Source: a virus
Taxonomy: Duplodnaviria > Caudoviricetes
Direction: 5' to 3' (one strand)
DNA: 38,935 nt
Virus record (IMG/VR): IMGVR_UViG_3300023267_000006
Coordinates: 1 to 38,935 of that record
The notes under the pieces are model-generated. The model made no database searches, had not been told where the DNA came from, and saw nothing but the letters and a program-made list of their open reading frames with translations. The position numbers were made by a program, and so were the translations under genes. Within the stretch, counting starts at the first letter, position 1. Every line of letters starts with the position of its first letter. Shown here piece after piece: positions 26,604 to 34,865 of this stretch.

Positions 26604-28022
26604 TTATATAGTGATTCCCAAAGAGTTATTTACCATCACTCCGTATCTGAAACCGTCGTACGGATCGTCACCGCCGCGGCCTTGATCATCAGTATCGACC
26701 TTGAGAACGTCCTCAGGATCGTTAGGATTGTGCATCATGGACGGCAGGCATTCGATAAGCCCTGTGCATCTTGAACTGATTTTAAGTGATGGCTCTATTC
26801 CTTGTTTTTTATCACCCAGCAATTGCAGGATCTTACCGGCCCCCGCCTTGCGCGATGTGTTGGCACATCTAAGCTCGATGCCGCAGCGTGAAAACTCATC
26901 GGCAAAACTCTCGCCCGAATCGCCTTTCTTTGCGAACACATCGGCACCAGCAACGAAATTAGAAAGCATATCGAGACTGACTCCGTTCGATTCGAGCATC
27001 TGGAGTATCCCGATCGCGTTTGCCGAAATGAGCTGCTTACGAGCCATAAACTCATCGACCACGTAAATAACGCCGTCGTACTCGCAGAGCAAATAGCACG
27101 TCGTATAGTGCTTGAACCCATAATCTAAGGCACACCAGATATTGATATCTGTCTGGAGAATTGGCAATTCATTCGGCTTGATCACGTGATCGTCGTAATT
27201 AAACGTTTCAAAGAACTGCCCGGCGAAAACATCCCAGTCACCATCACGCCAGGCGTCACGCAGCCAACCGGTGAGCGAATTAAGAACGTCGACGTATTCT
27301 TTGTTTACTTTTTTATTATCTTTAACTGTTGAGGGAATGAACTTTGTTTTATTTTCTTTCTCAGTATCTTTTCCCTTTCGAAACGGCAGAATAAACTTCG
27401 CCTTAAACCACGCGTGGCCGATGCCGCCCGGATTGGTGGTGTAGTATCTGCGCGGACGAAAACCTTTTTTAGAGGACCGGTTGCACGTTTTTATCTTTTC
27501 GATTTTGGACTGAGAGAGCTGCGTTGCCTCTTCGATCACAATGATGTCGTACTCGAGGCCCAAATAATTATCGATATCTTTCTCGTGCTGGAAATGCCCG
27601 ATGATGATACGAGATTTATTCGGAAAGACGATCGTTGATTTCTGCTCACGAAATACGTGCGGGGTTTGAAATAGTACTGAGCTGCGTAGATCCTCGATCG
27701 CTTCGTTTGCCGATTTAGAGACCTTACGCAAAAACAGAACCTTAAGCCCTGGTATCCGTTGGCAGTCATCAAGAGCAACCTGGGCGAACGTGCCGTGAGT
27801 TTTGGCACCGCCGCGGGCACCGCCAAAGCCTATTTCATTCGCGCCGTCTATATCATCGGCGGCACGAGCTGCAGCGTGAAATTGAAGCTGTTTCGGCTGT
27901 GGGATATAACCGGCAGCAAGGAACCGTTTCAAGCTATCTGCCGGTACGCCAGCCTCTTTAGCTTGGTTCAGCAGTATCAGCGTCTGAGGTGATACCCGGG
28001 GCTTTATCGTCGCCAGTGCCAT
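26604..28022 (-). CDS. terL: Terminase large subunit
   Basis: Walker A GGARGGAKT, Walker B IIVIEEA, TTNPGG, nuclease motifs LDYG and DDPYDGFRY. Confidence 0.95.
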   Translation of the reverse strand: MALATIKPRVSPQTLILLNQAKEAGVPADSLKRFLAAGYIPQPKQLQFHAAARAADDIDGANEIGFGGARGGAKTHGTFAQVALDDCQRIPGLKVLFLRKVSKSANEAIEDLRSSVLFQTPHVFREQKSTIVFPNKSRIIIGHFQHEKDIDNYLGLEYDIIVIEEATQLSQSKIEKIKTCNRSSKKGFRPRRYYTTNPGGIGHAWFKAKFILPFRKGKDTEKENKTKFIPSTVKDNKKVNKEYVDVLNSLTGWLRDAWRDGDWDVFAGQFFETFNYDDHVIKPNELPILQTDINIWCALDYGFKHYTTCYLLCEYDGVIYVVDEFMARKQLISANAIGILQMLESNGVSLDMLSNFVAGADVFAKKGDSGESFADEFSRCGIELRCANTSRKAGAGKILQLLGDKKQGIEPSLKISSRCTGLIECLPSMMHNPNDPEDVLKVDTDDQGRGGDDPYDGFRYGVMVNNSLGITI

Positions 28023-28428
28023 ATATCTCATTTATGGCCGCTTCGATATTCACATCGAGAGTGCCGGTAACATTTGTATTTACGTCGAAGCGTTCGCGGT
28101 AGACATCCGGACGTTTTGCTTTCAAAGCGAACTCTAATAATCGATCTGAAAACTTACGGACCTTAGCGACCATTTCGCCTTTGAAAAAGACAGGCTCAAG
28201 TACGCCCTTGGTCGAACGCCGGTGAAGCTCTTCTTCCATTGCGTCAACAACGTTATCGATGACGTTCTCCCATGCCTGAGCAAAATCGGCGTCGTTGTTC
28301 TTGTGATCGTATGCGGTATTCCGTGAAATATTGCAGGCTTTAGCCGCTTTTGATACATTTCCGGCGCTCGATTGAAGCTTCGCGAGAAACTTTTGTTTTT
28401 GTTGAATATCAAGAGCTTTTCCCTGCAT
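27958..28428 (-). CDS. terS: Terminase small subunit
   Basis: N-terminal HTH GNVSKAAKACNISRNTAY; FSDRLLEFALKAKRPDVYRE motif; directly upstream of terL. Confidence 0.85.
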   Translation of the reverse strand: MQGKALDIQQKQKFLAKLQSSAGNVSKAAKACNISRNTAYDHKNNDADFAQAWENVIDNVVDAMEEELHRRSTKGVLEPVFFKGEMVAKVRKFSDRLLEFALKAKRPDVYRERFDVNTNVTGTLDVNIEAAINEIYGTGDDKAPGITSDADTAEPS

Positions 28429-28462
28429 TACCTATAATGTCCGATGTGTCAGAAGCACACAC

Positions 28463-28493
28463 AAATAAAAATACCGTGTCATTACGACACGGT
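28463..28493 (-). terminator. Terminator between the early/middle and late regions
   Basis: ACCGTGTC-GTAAT-GACACGGT followed by ATTTTTATTT on the minus strand. Confidence 0.65.
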
Positions 28494-28520
28494 TATTAGT
28501 TTACGGAATGAAATTGAGGG

Positions 28521-28727
28521 TTATTTAAGATTCACGGTGCCGACGACACCAAAGATCGGCTGAGGTAAGGCGTCTGACCTTTCGATATCGCGATCAGCGA
28601 TCTCACGCAGCATTTCGGCTCTACCGATTGCAATACCCATTTGATAATGATGCTCAGCGAAGCCGGCCAGACGGTCAGCATCCCACTGCATAAAATCAGC
28701 CGGTAATTTGTTTGTGCTGTCAGCCAT
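28521..28727 (-). CDS. Hypothetical protein
   Basis: TAATG coupling to the upstream ORF gives start MADSTNK. Confidence 0.6.
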   Translation of the reverse strand: MADSTNKLPADFMQWDADRLAGFAEHHYQMGIAIGRAEMLREIADRDIERSDALPQPIFGVVGTVNLK

Positions 28728-28876
28728 TATTTGCAATTTGGGGCTTGCCCTGTAAAACGAACGCCATCAGAACGCAGATACGTCCAGAGAATATAAACGC
28801 CAACAAAGCACACAGCTTGTTTTGAGCATCCGCAGTGCTTACATTTCAAATTTATCCACCTGTGACGTTTTCGCAT
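28727..28876 (-). CDS. 49-aa Cys-rich protein
   Basis: MRKRHRWINLKCKHCGCSK...APNCK; abuts its neighbours on both sides. Confidence 0.55.
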   Translation of the reverse strand: MRKRHRWINLKCKHCGCSKQAVCFVGVYILWTYLRSDGVRFTGQAPNCK

Positions 28877-29302
28877 TTAATCTGCCTCAGGTAATTTCGC
28901 TCTATTCGATTTGATCGCAAATTGCGGCCGTCCGGAGCCAATGACGGTACGTGAGACTCGGTACAACACTCCCCGATTGATAAGAGCATTTACAAGCTCA
29001 GCAACCACGCATCTATGGAGCCTAGTGTCTTCGGAGATCTCGGTTTCCGTCGTACATCCTGACCGCTCGATAGCGTACAGCACCATTTCTTCGCGTTGGC
29101 TTGGTGTCGCTCTAATGAGGGCTCTGTAGTCTTCGATAAGCTGATTTAGATTATTTAACCCAAACTGCTGTTCGTCTTTAGTGAGCGTTCGGCGCAGCTT
29201 GAGCAGCTTATCGATCAGGGATTTACCTGCAGCTTCGTCAAGAGCAGAAACTCCGGCCGTTTTCACAGGCTCAATATCGAAAAGTGTAGAAGTTTCGTTC
29301 AT
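28877..29302 (-). CDS. Winged-HTH protein, possible late regulator
   Basis: TETEISEDTRLHRCVVAELVNALINRGVL wHTH; lies just before the late operon. Confidence 0.6.
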   Translation of the reverse strand: MNETSTLFDIEPVKTAGVSALDEAAGKSLIDKLLKLRRTLTKDEQQFGLNNLNQLIEDYRALIRATPSQREEMVLYAIERSGCTTETEISEDTRLHRCVVAELVNALINRGVLYRVSRTVIGSGRPQFAIKSNRAKLPEAD

Positions 29303-29303
29303 G

Positions 29304-29843
29304 TTATAGCCTGACGATCCTGTATTCAGCATTGTTTCCCGATCTGATCTCTAAACGTTTGAATAAATATGCTTGTATCGCATTGAAGACGCCGCCCGAA
29401 TCACACTTACCGTTATCCAGTGCGTAGAGCTGCACATCGCGGCCTGTACGCTTCCCGGTGCCAACCTTGAACGATTGCCTGACTCTTCCGTTTATCTCCT
29501 GATAAACAAAACAATGACTATCTAAATATTTTTGGAGATATATCTTTATATTTTCATCTTTTATGTTTCCCAGAGCATGAGACGCGATCGCGTTACAAAG
29601 TTCGATCTCCGCGATCGCTGCATCAACCGTCGGCATCGTCAGAAAGAACTGCTCAGTAACGATATCCGGACGCGAAATACGCTCAAACGATCCATCCGAA
29701 AAATTTACATAGACGTTATGCAGGTGATTTATCACGCGATTTAGGCTCGTCTTATATACTTCGCCCTCGAACAACTCGCGCAGATCCACACACGCCGGGT
29801 ATCCGGCGGTCTTGTGTATCTTTGTCGGTAAAAAGCTAGGCAT
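29304..29843 (-). CDS. Hypothetical protein
   Basis: 179-aa in-operon ORF. Confidence 0.65.
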   Translation of the reverse strand: MPSFLPTKIHKTAGYPACVDLRELFEGEVYKTSLNRVINHLHNVYVNFSDGSFERISRPDIVTEQFFLTMPTVDAAIAEIELCNAIASHALGNIKDENIKIYLQKYLDSHCFVYQEINGRVRQSFKVGTGKRTGRDVQLYALDNGKCDSGGVFNAIQAYLFKRLEIRSGNNAEYRIVRL

Positions 29844-29967
29844 CGTTAATAAAAAACTAATAAGAAGTGTTGCCGATCAACCCTCGACTCCTTGTTAGAC
29901 CGGCAACTCGCGTTTCTGCAGGAAAGCTAGGTCCTTTCCCACCTACAAAGAACATGCCGAGGTGAAA

Positions 29968-30339
29968 TTAAAGAAATTTTAGACGCTCCTGTAAATATGT
30001 AAATGTTCTCGGAGCCCGTTTATCGAGTTCGGCTAGACCGGTTCCAAGGCCATCAGACGGAATAACGACTATGTGACAAGTAAGCGGAATTTTTGCCAAG
30101 GCCCTATCGATCGCGATCACGTTATCTTCGTATTCGTCATCAGTGAAATATTCGCCAAGTGGAGCGTTACCCGGGGCTTTCTTTGTCGGTACGCCGACGG
30201 CGTTAGGTTCGTGTCGCATTTCTCCGGCCTGACCGCCCATTCCGATACCCATCAAGTTATCGCCAAAAAGATACGTGGCGTCTGGATTCGCTTTTAGATC
30301 AGATCGATAGATCCTGTGTTGATAAATTATTTTTCTCAT
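29968..30339 (-). CDS. Conserved phage protein (FGDNLxGxGxGGQA motif)
   Basis: YLFGDNL...GGQA...PNAVGVPTK...DGLGTGLA, a motif set recognised from other phages; function unknown. Confidence 0.7.
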   Translation of the reverse strand: MRKIIYQHRIYRSDLKANPDATYLFGDNLMGIGMGGQAGEMRHEPNAVGVPTKKAPGNAPLGEYFTDDEYEDNVIAIDRALAKIPLTCHIVVIPSDGLGTGLAELDKRAPRTFTYLQERLKFL

Positions 30340-30569
30340 TTGTTTAACCTCAAATATTCCTCAGGCGAAAAGCCGGTAATTCGTTCAAACAACATGTCGC
30401 AAGCGTCAAGGATGTGTCCGGCAGCTTCGATCCTTTCTGATGCAATGGTGAGCGTCGCAAGCGTCTTATCATGTTGATCACGCTCGATCTGTAAATTTTG
30501 CTGTAGACGGAAAATCTCACGATTCGCCGCCGGCAGATTTGGTCTTATGAAATGCAAAACTTTTCCCAT
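30336..30569 (-). CDS. Hypothetical coiled-coil protein
   Basis: ATGA overlap with the downstream gene. Confidence 0.6.
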   Translation of the reverse strand: MGKVLHFIRPNLPAANREIFRLQQNLQIERDQHDKTLATLTIASERIEAAGHILDACDMLFERITGFSPEEYLRLNK

Positions 30570-30570
30570 T

Positions 30571-30845
30571 TCAGTTATTCCCCACTTTCATTAGTTCGGC
30601 CATCGCCTCTTGCATAGCTCCTGGTGCCAGCGCAAAGATCGGTTTTTCATCCTGAGATTCGATAAACCGCCGCGAACACTTTTCACAGAGCGTTTGGATG
30701 CCCGGAACCTCTTTCAATAAATTCACGCTCGACGGAGCCAGCCATACGCCGATTTACAATCGGCACACGTTCCGAGCTGCGACATGGTTGTAGGCCGCTG
30801 CATTACCCGCGTTGATTGGCAAAGAATGATTTTCACTTGCTCCAT
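30571..30845 (-). pseudogene. Frameshifted CxxC...CxxC zinc-ribbon gene
   Basis: Adding one A at 30753-30755 joins MEQVK...CADCK to IGVWLAPSS...LCEKC...GNN*, giving 91 aa that exactly fill the gap. Confidence 0.6.
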
Positions 30846-30847
30846 AT

Positions 30848-31279
30848 TTACCTTGACCCCGATGTGAGCTGCTTTTGCTTTCCCTCTTTGAACATTTGGA
30901 AAAACGTCTGTGTGCCGTCGTAAGCGTAAGGTAAAAAGACCTCAGCAACTTCGCCCTGGTTCGACTGAACGATAGCCATTTGAGCTTCGATGGCGTCTTT
31001 AAGAATTCGCCAGCTCACCTTGAACGCCTGAGCCCCGTTTTTGTAACGCGTCGGTACTTTGTCGCGCCGCATTGCGGCTAGTACGCCCTCCCAATTTGGA
31101 GCAAGGCGAAACCATACAAGATTTTCCAGAAACTCGATCGCGAATTTAATAGCCACCGGATCGCCGTCGTTATCGTATTCAAACGAAACTTCGCGGGCTT
31201 TCGCTTTCGTTAAGATCACCACTATTTCGCCGGTAGTTTTCAAAGCTGAGATCGTCGTTGTGTAATTTAATATCGGCAT
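30848..31279 (-). CDS. Conserved hypothetical phage protein
   Basis: MPILNYTT...WRILKDAIEAQ...EVFLPY; GAGGG SD. Confidence 0.75.
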   Translation of the reverse strand: MPILNYTTTISALKTTGEIVVILTKAKAREVSFEYDNDGDPVAIKFAIEFLENLVWFRLAPNWEGVLAAMRRDKVPTRYKNGAQAFKVSWRILKDAIEAQMAIVQSNQGEVAEVFLPYAYDGTQTFFQMFKEGKQKQLTSGSR

Positions 31280-31289
31280 GTTTCCCTCT

Positions 31290-31871
31290 CTACGCTGCGA
31301 TCAGCTTTGTAAGGTTCTCGGATAAAAGCCCGAGATCCTGAGTTTTATTTACAACAGCGATACCGCCAGTTGCCGCGGCAAGCTTTCGCAGGAAATTACG
31401 CCCAGGCCCGGTTTCATCGCCGACAAAAATAGTGTCGATTTTACTTTTGAATTTCGACGCGACGGAGAGCGTCTTTGATTCGTTATCCGGTTCGCCATCT
31501 GATATCAGGACCAATCGAATATCGGTGTTATCGGCCATCAGCATCATTTGCAAAGCCGCAACCATATCTGTCATACCGCCCATGTGTAGCGGAACGCCCG
31601 ACGGTGAAAACTGAGCGTTGTTTGAAAATGCACCTACTGCGATCTCGCCCGGCATTTCGTTCTGTAATCGCTCGAGCTGTTCACATGCGGCCTTATACCG
31701 CGATTTATTTTCGCCGGCGTCCGGCGTGTCCATACTGCTTGATACGTCGACCATTACGAACGCTTTCACGCCCATAAAACCCATCGCGATCGAAGTGTTA
31801 TTTTTCCGTGCTACCGCGCCAAGGCTGCCCGCCACGATCTGATTATTGCTTCCCGCTTTTCTAGTGTTCAT
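31290..31871 (-). CDS. vWA-domain protein
   Basis: MIDAS DVSSS, GMTDM, LISDGEP and LRKLAAATGG motifs. Confidence 0.88.
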   Translation of the reverse strand: MNTRKAGSNNQIVAGSLGAVARKNNTSIAMGFMGVKAFVMVDVSSSMDTPDAGENKSRYKAACEQLERLQNEMPGEIAVGAFSNNAQFSPSGVPLHMGGMTDMVAALQMMLMADNTDIRLVLISDGEPDNESKTLSVASKFKSKIDTIFVGDETGPGRNFLRKLAAATGGIAVVNKTQDLGLLSENLTKLIAA

Positions 31872-31922
31872 TTCTTTATTTCTCCAAGTTTTATATTTTG
31901 TTTCACAAAAGAAACACGTATC

Positions 31923-32165
31923 ATGTCTATCTCTATGCCGCCAAAAGTTTCCGAACGTGATTGGTTTCTAGCTCACGCCGTCCGTCGAGGAAAATATTGC
32001 GGTGACTGCGGTACCCGCAAATGGAAACCCTGTATTTACTGCGATCGGTGTTTTGATCGTTTGCCGAAAACAATTCAAAGGCATCTTCATGACAAACAAC
32101 TCTGGATCGCGGCTTTTGTCGGCGCTAGTAACTGGTTCCTCAAAAACCCCATAAAGCCTAAATAA
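31923..32165 (+). CDS. Small zinc-finger protein on the opposite strand
   Basis: CGDC-x9-CDRCFDRLP; fills an otherwise empty gap; no clear SD. Confidence 0.55.
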   Translation: MSISMPPKVSERDWFLAHAVRRGKYCGDCGTRKWKPCIYCDRCFDRLPKTIQRHLHDKQLWIAAFVGASNWFLKNPIKPK

Positions 32166-32946
32166 TTCTTATCTTTGCCAACTCAACATATTCCGCACTT
32201 ACTTCACTGCCGATATAATTTCGGCCTAACGCTTTAGCTACTTTTGCCGTTGTGCCGGATCCTAAAAACGGGTCATAGACCAGATCGCCCACATTCGACC
32301 ATGAGAGAATTTGGTCTTTCGCTAACGCCTCAGGAAAAACCGCGGGATGCTTGAAACCCTTAAGATCATTCCCGTTTACGCCAACCGAATAGAAAAATAT
32401 GTTTGAGGCTTTACGTGTCGGCTGCGTCACGATCGGCTGAGGTCCGCGATAATACCGACGCCCAGTACGTTCAAGTCTTGCCTGTGAAAATGCTTTGCCC
32501 GGAGCTGCCGACGCGATCTCAATTGGATTAAAGGTTTGCGGCTGCGTTTTCGTGAAAACAAATATGTACTCGAATACCTGGCGGTATCGCTTTCCACAAT
32601 CGCCCGGGAATGGATTATTTTTTGCAAAAATCATCGTATCCCAGAGCTTAAAACCTACTTTCTTAAAAGTCAGAGCGTGATTAAATGACGTTCCGGTTTC
32701 ATCGCCGTTCTTTGTTCGATCATTAACAATCCAAATGACCACACCGCCAGATTTCATTGCTCGATATAAGCCCTGAGCGGTAGCAAGAACATCGAACGAA
32801 TAACCGTTATAATCACGCAGATCATCATACGGCGGGCTCGTAAGGGTCATATCTATACAGTTTGCGGGCAAGCGAAACATGGTATCTACACAGTTTTCGT
32901 TGTAGATCATGTTTGTTTTTAGTTTTGTTTCGCAATGATCAAGCAT
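32158..32946 (-). CDS. Beta-class N4-C/N6-A DNA methyltransferase (orphan)
   Basis: TSPPY precedes HPAVFP and DPFLGSGTT; start is 32946 or 32910. Confidence 0.92.
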   Translation of the reverse strand: MLDHCETKLKTNMIYNENCVDTMFRLPANCIDMTLTSPPYDDLRDYNGYSFDVLATAQGLYRAMKSGGVVIWIVNDRTKNGDETGTSFNHALTFKKVGFKLWDTMIFAKNNPFPGDCGKRYRQVFEYIFVFTKTQPQTFNPIEIASAAPGKAFSQARLERTGRRYYRGPQPIVTQPTRKASNIFFYSVGVNGNDLKGFKHPAVFPEALAKDQILSWSNVGDLVYDPFLGSGTTAKVAKALGRNYIGSEVSAEYVELAKIRII

Positions 32947-33187
32947 TTTCGTTAATCCATTTTTGAACTTCATTTGCGGCCGCAATATATGCGGGGCTCG
33001 GAGTGCCGTTAATTTCTTGCCCCGGTACATACGAAGACCAAATCTTCGATCTCAATGCTTGCGGCAATGCGAACCAATGCCTTCGGCAGCCCCACATTGT
33101 CGGCGGTACTTGGGCCTTACAATCCGGCCAGTGGCAATGATGATTTCGGGTCTGGCCTTGCGAATGAACGTAATCTGCTTTATTCAT
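32939..33187 (-). CDS. Small zinc-finger protein
   Basis: CHWPDC-x10-CRRHWFALP. Confidence 0.75.
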   Translation of the reverse strand: MNKADYVHSQGQTRNHHCHWPDCKAQVPPTMWGCRRHWFALPQALRSKIWSSYVPGQEINGTPSPAYIAAANEVQKWINENA

Positions 33188-33491
33188 ATATCCATCGCGG
33201 TATTATTAGGCTCAAAAAGCATCGAATTGTCTGCCCCCCCCCATCTGGATTTATTGCCGAATTAAAAAGTTTATGTTTGTAATAGTGCGTTCTAGCCATT
33301 TCCAGTACGGTTGATTGTCTACGGAGGCCTAACGGTTTCTCTTCACCGCACACAACACATTTAACGGTGTCGGCTTCGCCCGCGATCGAACAACGAATAT
33401 GCTGCCAGGACGAACCGAGATTTTTAACCTTGCTCCACAGAATGCGAAACGAAATCTTTTTCGTCTTTGACTTCTTTTTGATTACATCCAT
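33180..33491 (-). CDS. Basic C2H2-like zinc-finger protein
   Basis: CVVC...HYYKH; start revised to the ATG overlapping the end of the upstream gene. Confidence 0.5.
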   Translation of the reverse strand: MDVIKKKSKTKKISFRILWSKVKNLGSSWQHIRCSIAGEADTVKCVVCGEEKPLGLRRQSTVLEMARTHYYKHKLFNSAINPDGGGQTIRCFLSLIIPRWIYE

Positions 33492-34369
33492 GCCATGCTC
33501 CAAGATTCGTCGGCCCAAAAGCTCACCATTATTTGGCCGGTTTCGTTTGTAATATCTTCCCAAGCGAGAATTTCTTCAACGACGATCACGCCCAGTTCAC
33601 GCGTTGCTCGGACGGTAAGCATTCCGCAGCGAAGCGTCGGTATGAACGTCGTGTATTTATGAAGTCTCGCCGGCCCGTTCCCACTGCCCTTAGCCATTGC
33701 TTCGAACATCAGGCCGGCGTTGTATTTGTTTCTCTCGAGCGGACTGCTCAGGATCTGGTACGCGTCCTTTACGCTCTCGAACATTTCGCGGGCCTGAGGC
33801 TCACGGCACACATCCGGGTGCCACTGACGAGCTGCACGTTTGTAAGCTTTCTTAATGTCCAGATCAGACGCGGCTTTATCGACACCCAAGACGCCGTAAA
33901 GCGTAGCCGGAGTTGTCGCGTCGACTTGTTTGAACCACTTTCGCAGCACTTTTTCTGGAATCTTTGCATTCCAACCGCCGTTTGCGTGTACGCTCGACGC
34001 TTCGTTTTTACAGTTCGCGACGTAATCCGCTTGAAAGGTGATCTCGAATACCTTTTCGGCTGCGGCTATCACCGTCGGCATCGTGACGTCACATGAATAA
34101 GCTGCGTCGATCAGTTTCTTAAGAACATCCGCGTACTGCCTTGAAACCAGCCAGCATTTAGAATTTGGATCCCATTTTCGCGAGGTCGACGGTATCGAAT
34201 CTTTGAGCGCCGTAACGAACGTCGCCGAGTACGGAGTGTTAACTTTTAAGCCGCCATTCTCAGCCGTGACCGAGATCGATTTACCGCTAAAGTTTGATGT
34301 GCCGGAACCGCGTGAACAGACGAATAAATTCCCCTGATTCGACCCCTGATATTGTGCGTAAATTGCCAT
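33482..34369 (-). CDS. J-domain (DnaJ-like) protein with N-terminal HARP-like domain
   Basis: LYGVLGV...IKKAYKRAARQWHPD...AYQILS (intact HPD); upstream TPYSATFVTALK...RKWDPNSKCWLV. Confidence 0.85.
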   Translation of the reverse strand: MAIYAQYQGSNQGNLFVCSRGSGTSNFSGKSISVTAENGGLKVNTPYSATFVTALKDSIPSTSRKWDPNSKCWLVSRQYADVLKKLIDAAYSCDVTMPTVIAAAEKVFEITFQADYVANCKNEASSVHANGGWNAKIPEKVLRKWFKQVDATTPATLYGVLGVDKAASDLDIKKAYKRAARQWHPDVCREPQAREMFESVKDAYQILSSPLERNKYNAGLMFEAMAKGSGNGPARLHKYTTFIPTLRCGMLTVRATRELGVIVVEEILAWEDITNETGQIMVSFWADESWSMAWM

Positions 34370-34436
34370 TATTTTCGCCTCATTTCCTGTTTTTCCTAAA
34401 ACTCTCCAAAGCCCCATGTTTACTACGTTTCGCCGC

Positions 34437-34484
34437 AAAGTATAAAGATATACTCTCTATATAGGGGCTATACCTTTATACTTT
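34437..34484. repeat. 48-bp imperfect palindrome, copy B; candidate origin/priming site
   Basis: AAAGTATAAAG...CTATATAG...CTTTATACTTT, one gene downstream of the primase-helicase. Confidence 0.8.
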
Positions 34485-34860
34485 CGTGTTTTAACGCCTC
34501 TCTTCGAACATCCGGTTCTATGAATTTATGCGGGTAATGTTGCTTCTCAATGTCCGGTATTTTGTGTAAGACTTGCTGCACTTCAACCGGACATTCTTCG
34601 CACCACATTCCTACCGTTTCCGCTAACTCTTCGAGCGGCGATAATTTAGCTAAATCCTTGCCGTCTTGAGTGATCATGTGAAACTGCCAAAAGAAATACA
34701 CCCAGGCGATGATTTGGTAAATAACCCAAAATCCCCAGAGAAATAACGGAGCCTTGATGGTCAACAAAATGAAGAAGCCGTACAAAGTAAACCCAACCTG
34801 CATCAATAAAAGCAGACCAAGATATACTGCCCGACGAATGTATTTTTTCTCGTTAGTCAT
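34468..34860 (-). CDS. Two-TM membrane protein
   Basis: Two hydrophobic N-terminal segments. Confidence 0.65.
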   Translation of the reverse strand: MTNEKKYIRRAVYLGLLLLMQVGFTLYGFFILLTIKAPLFLWGFWVIYQIIAWVYFFWQFHMITQDGKDLAKLSPLEELAETVGMWCEECPVEVQQVLHKIPDIEKQHYPHKFIEPDVRREALKHESIKV

Positions 34861-34865
34861 AATCG

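Noticed and set aside
34398-34408. TGGAGAGTTTT (minus strand) as an extra integrase arm site
   Set aside because: It is a single copy far from attP, and TTGGAGA is a common SD-like word in this genome.
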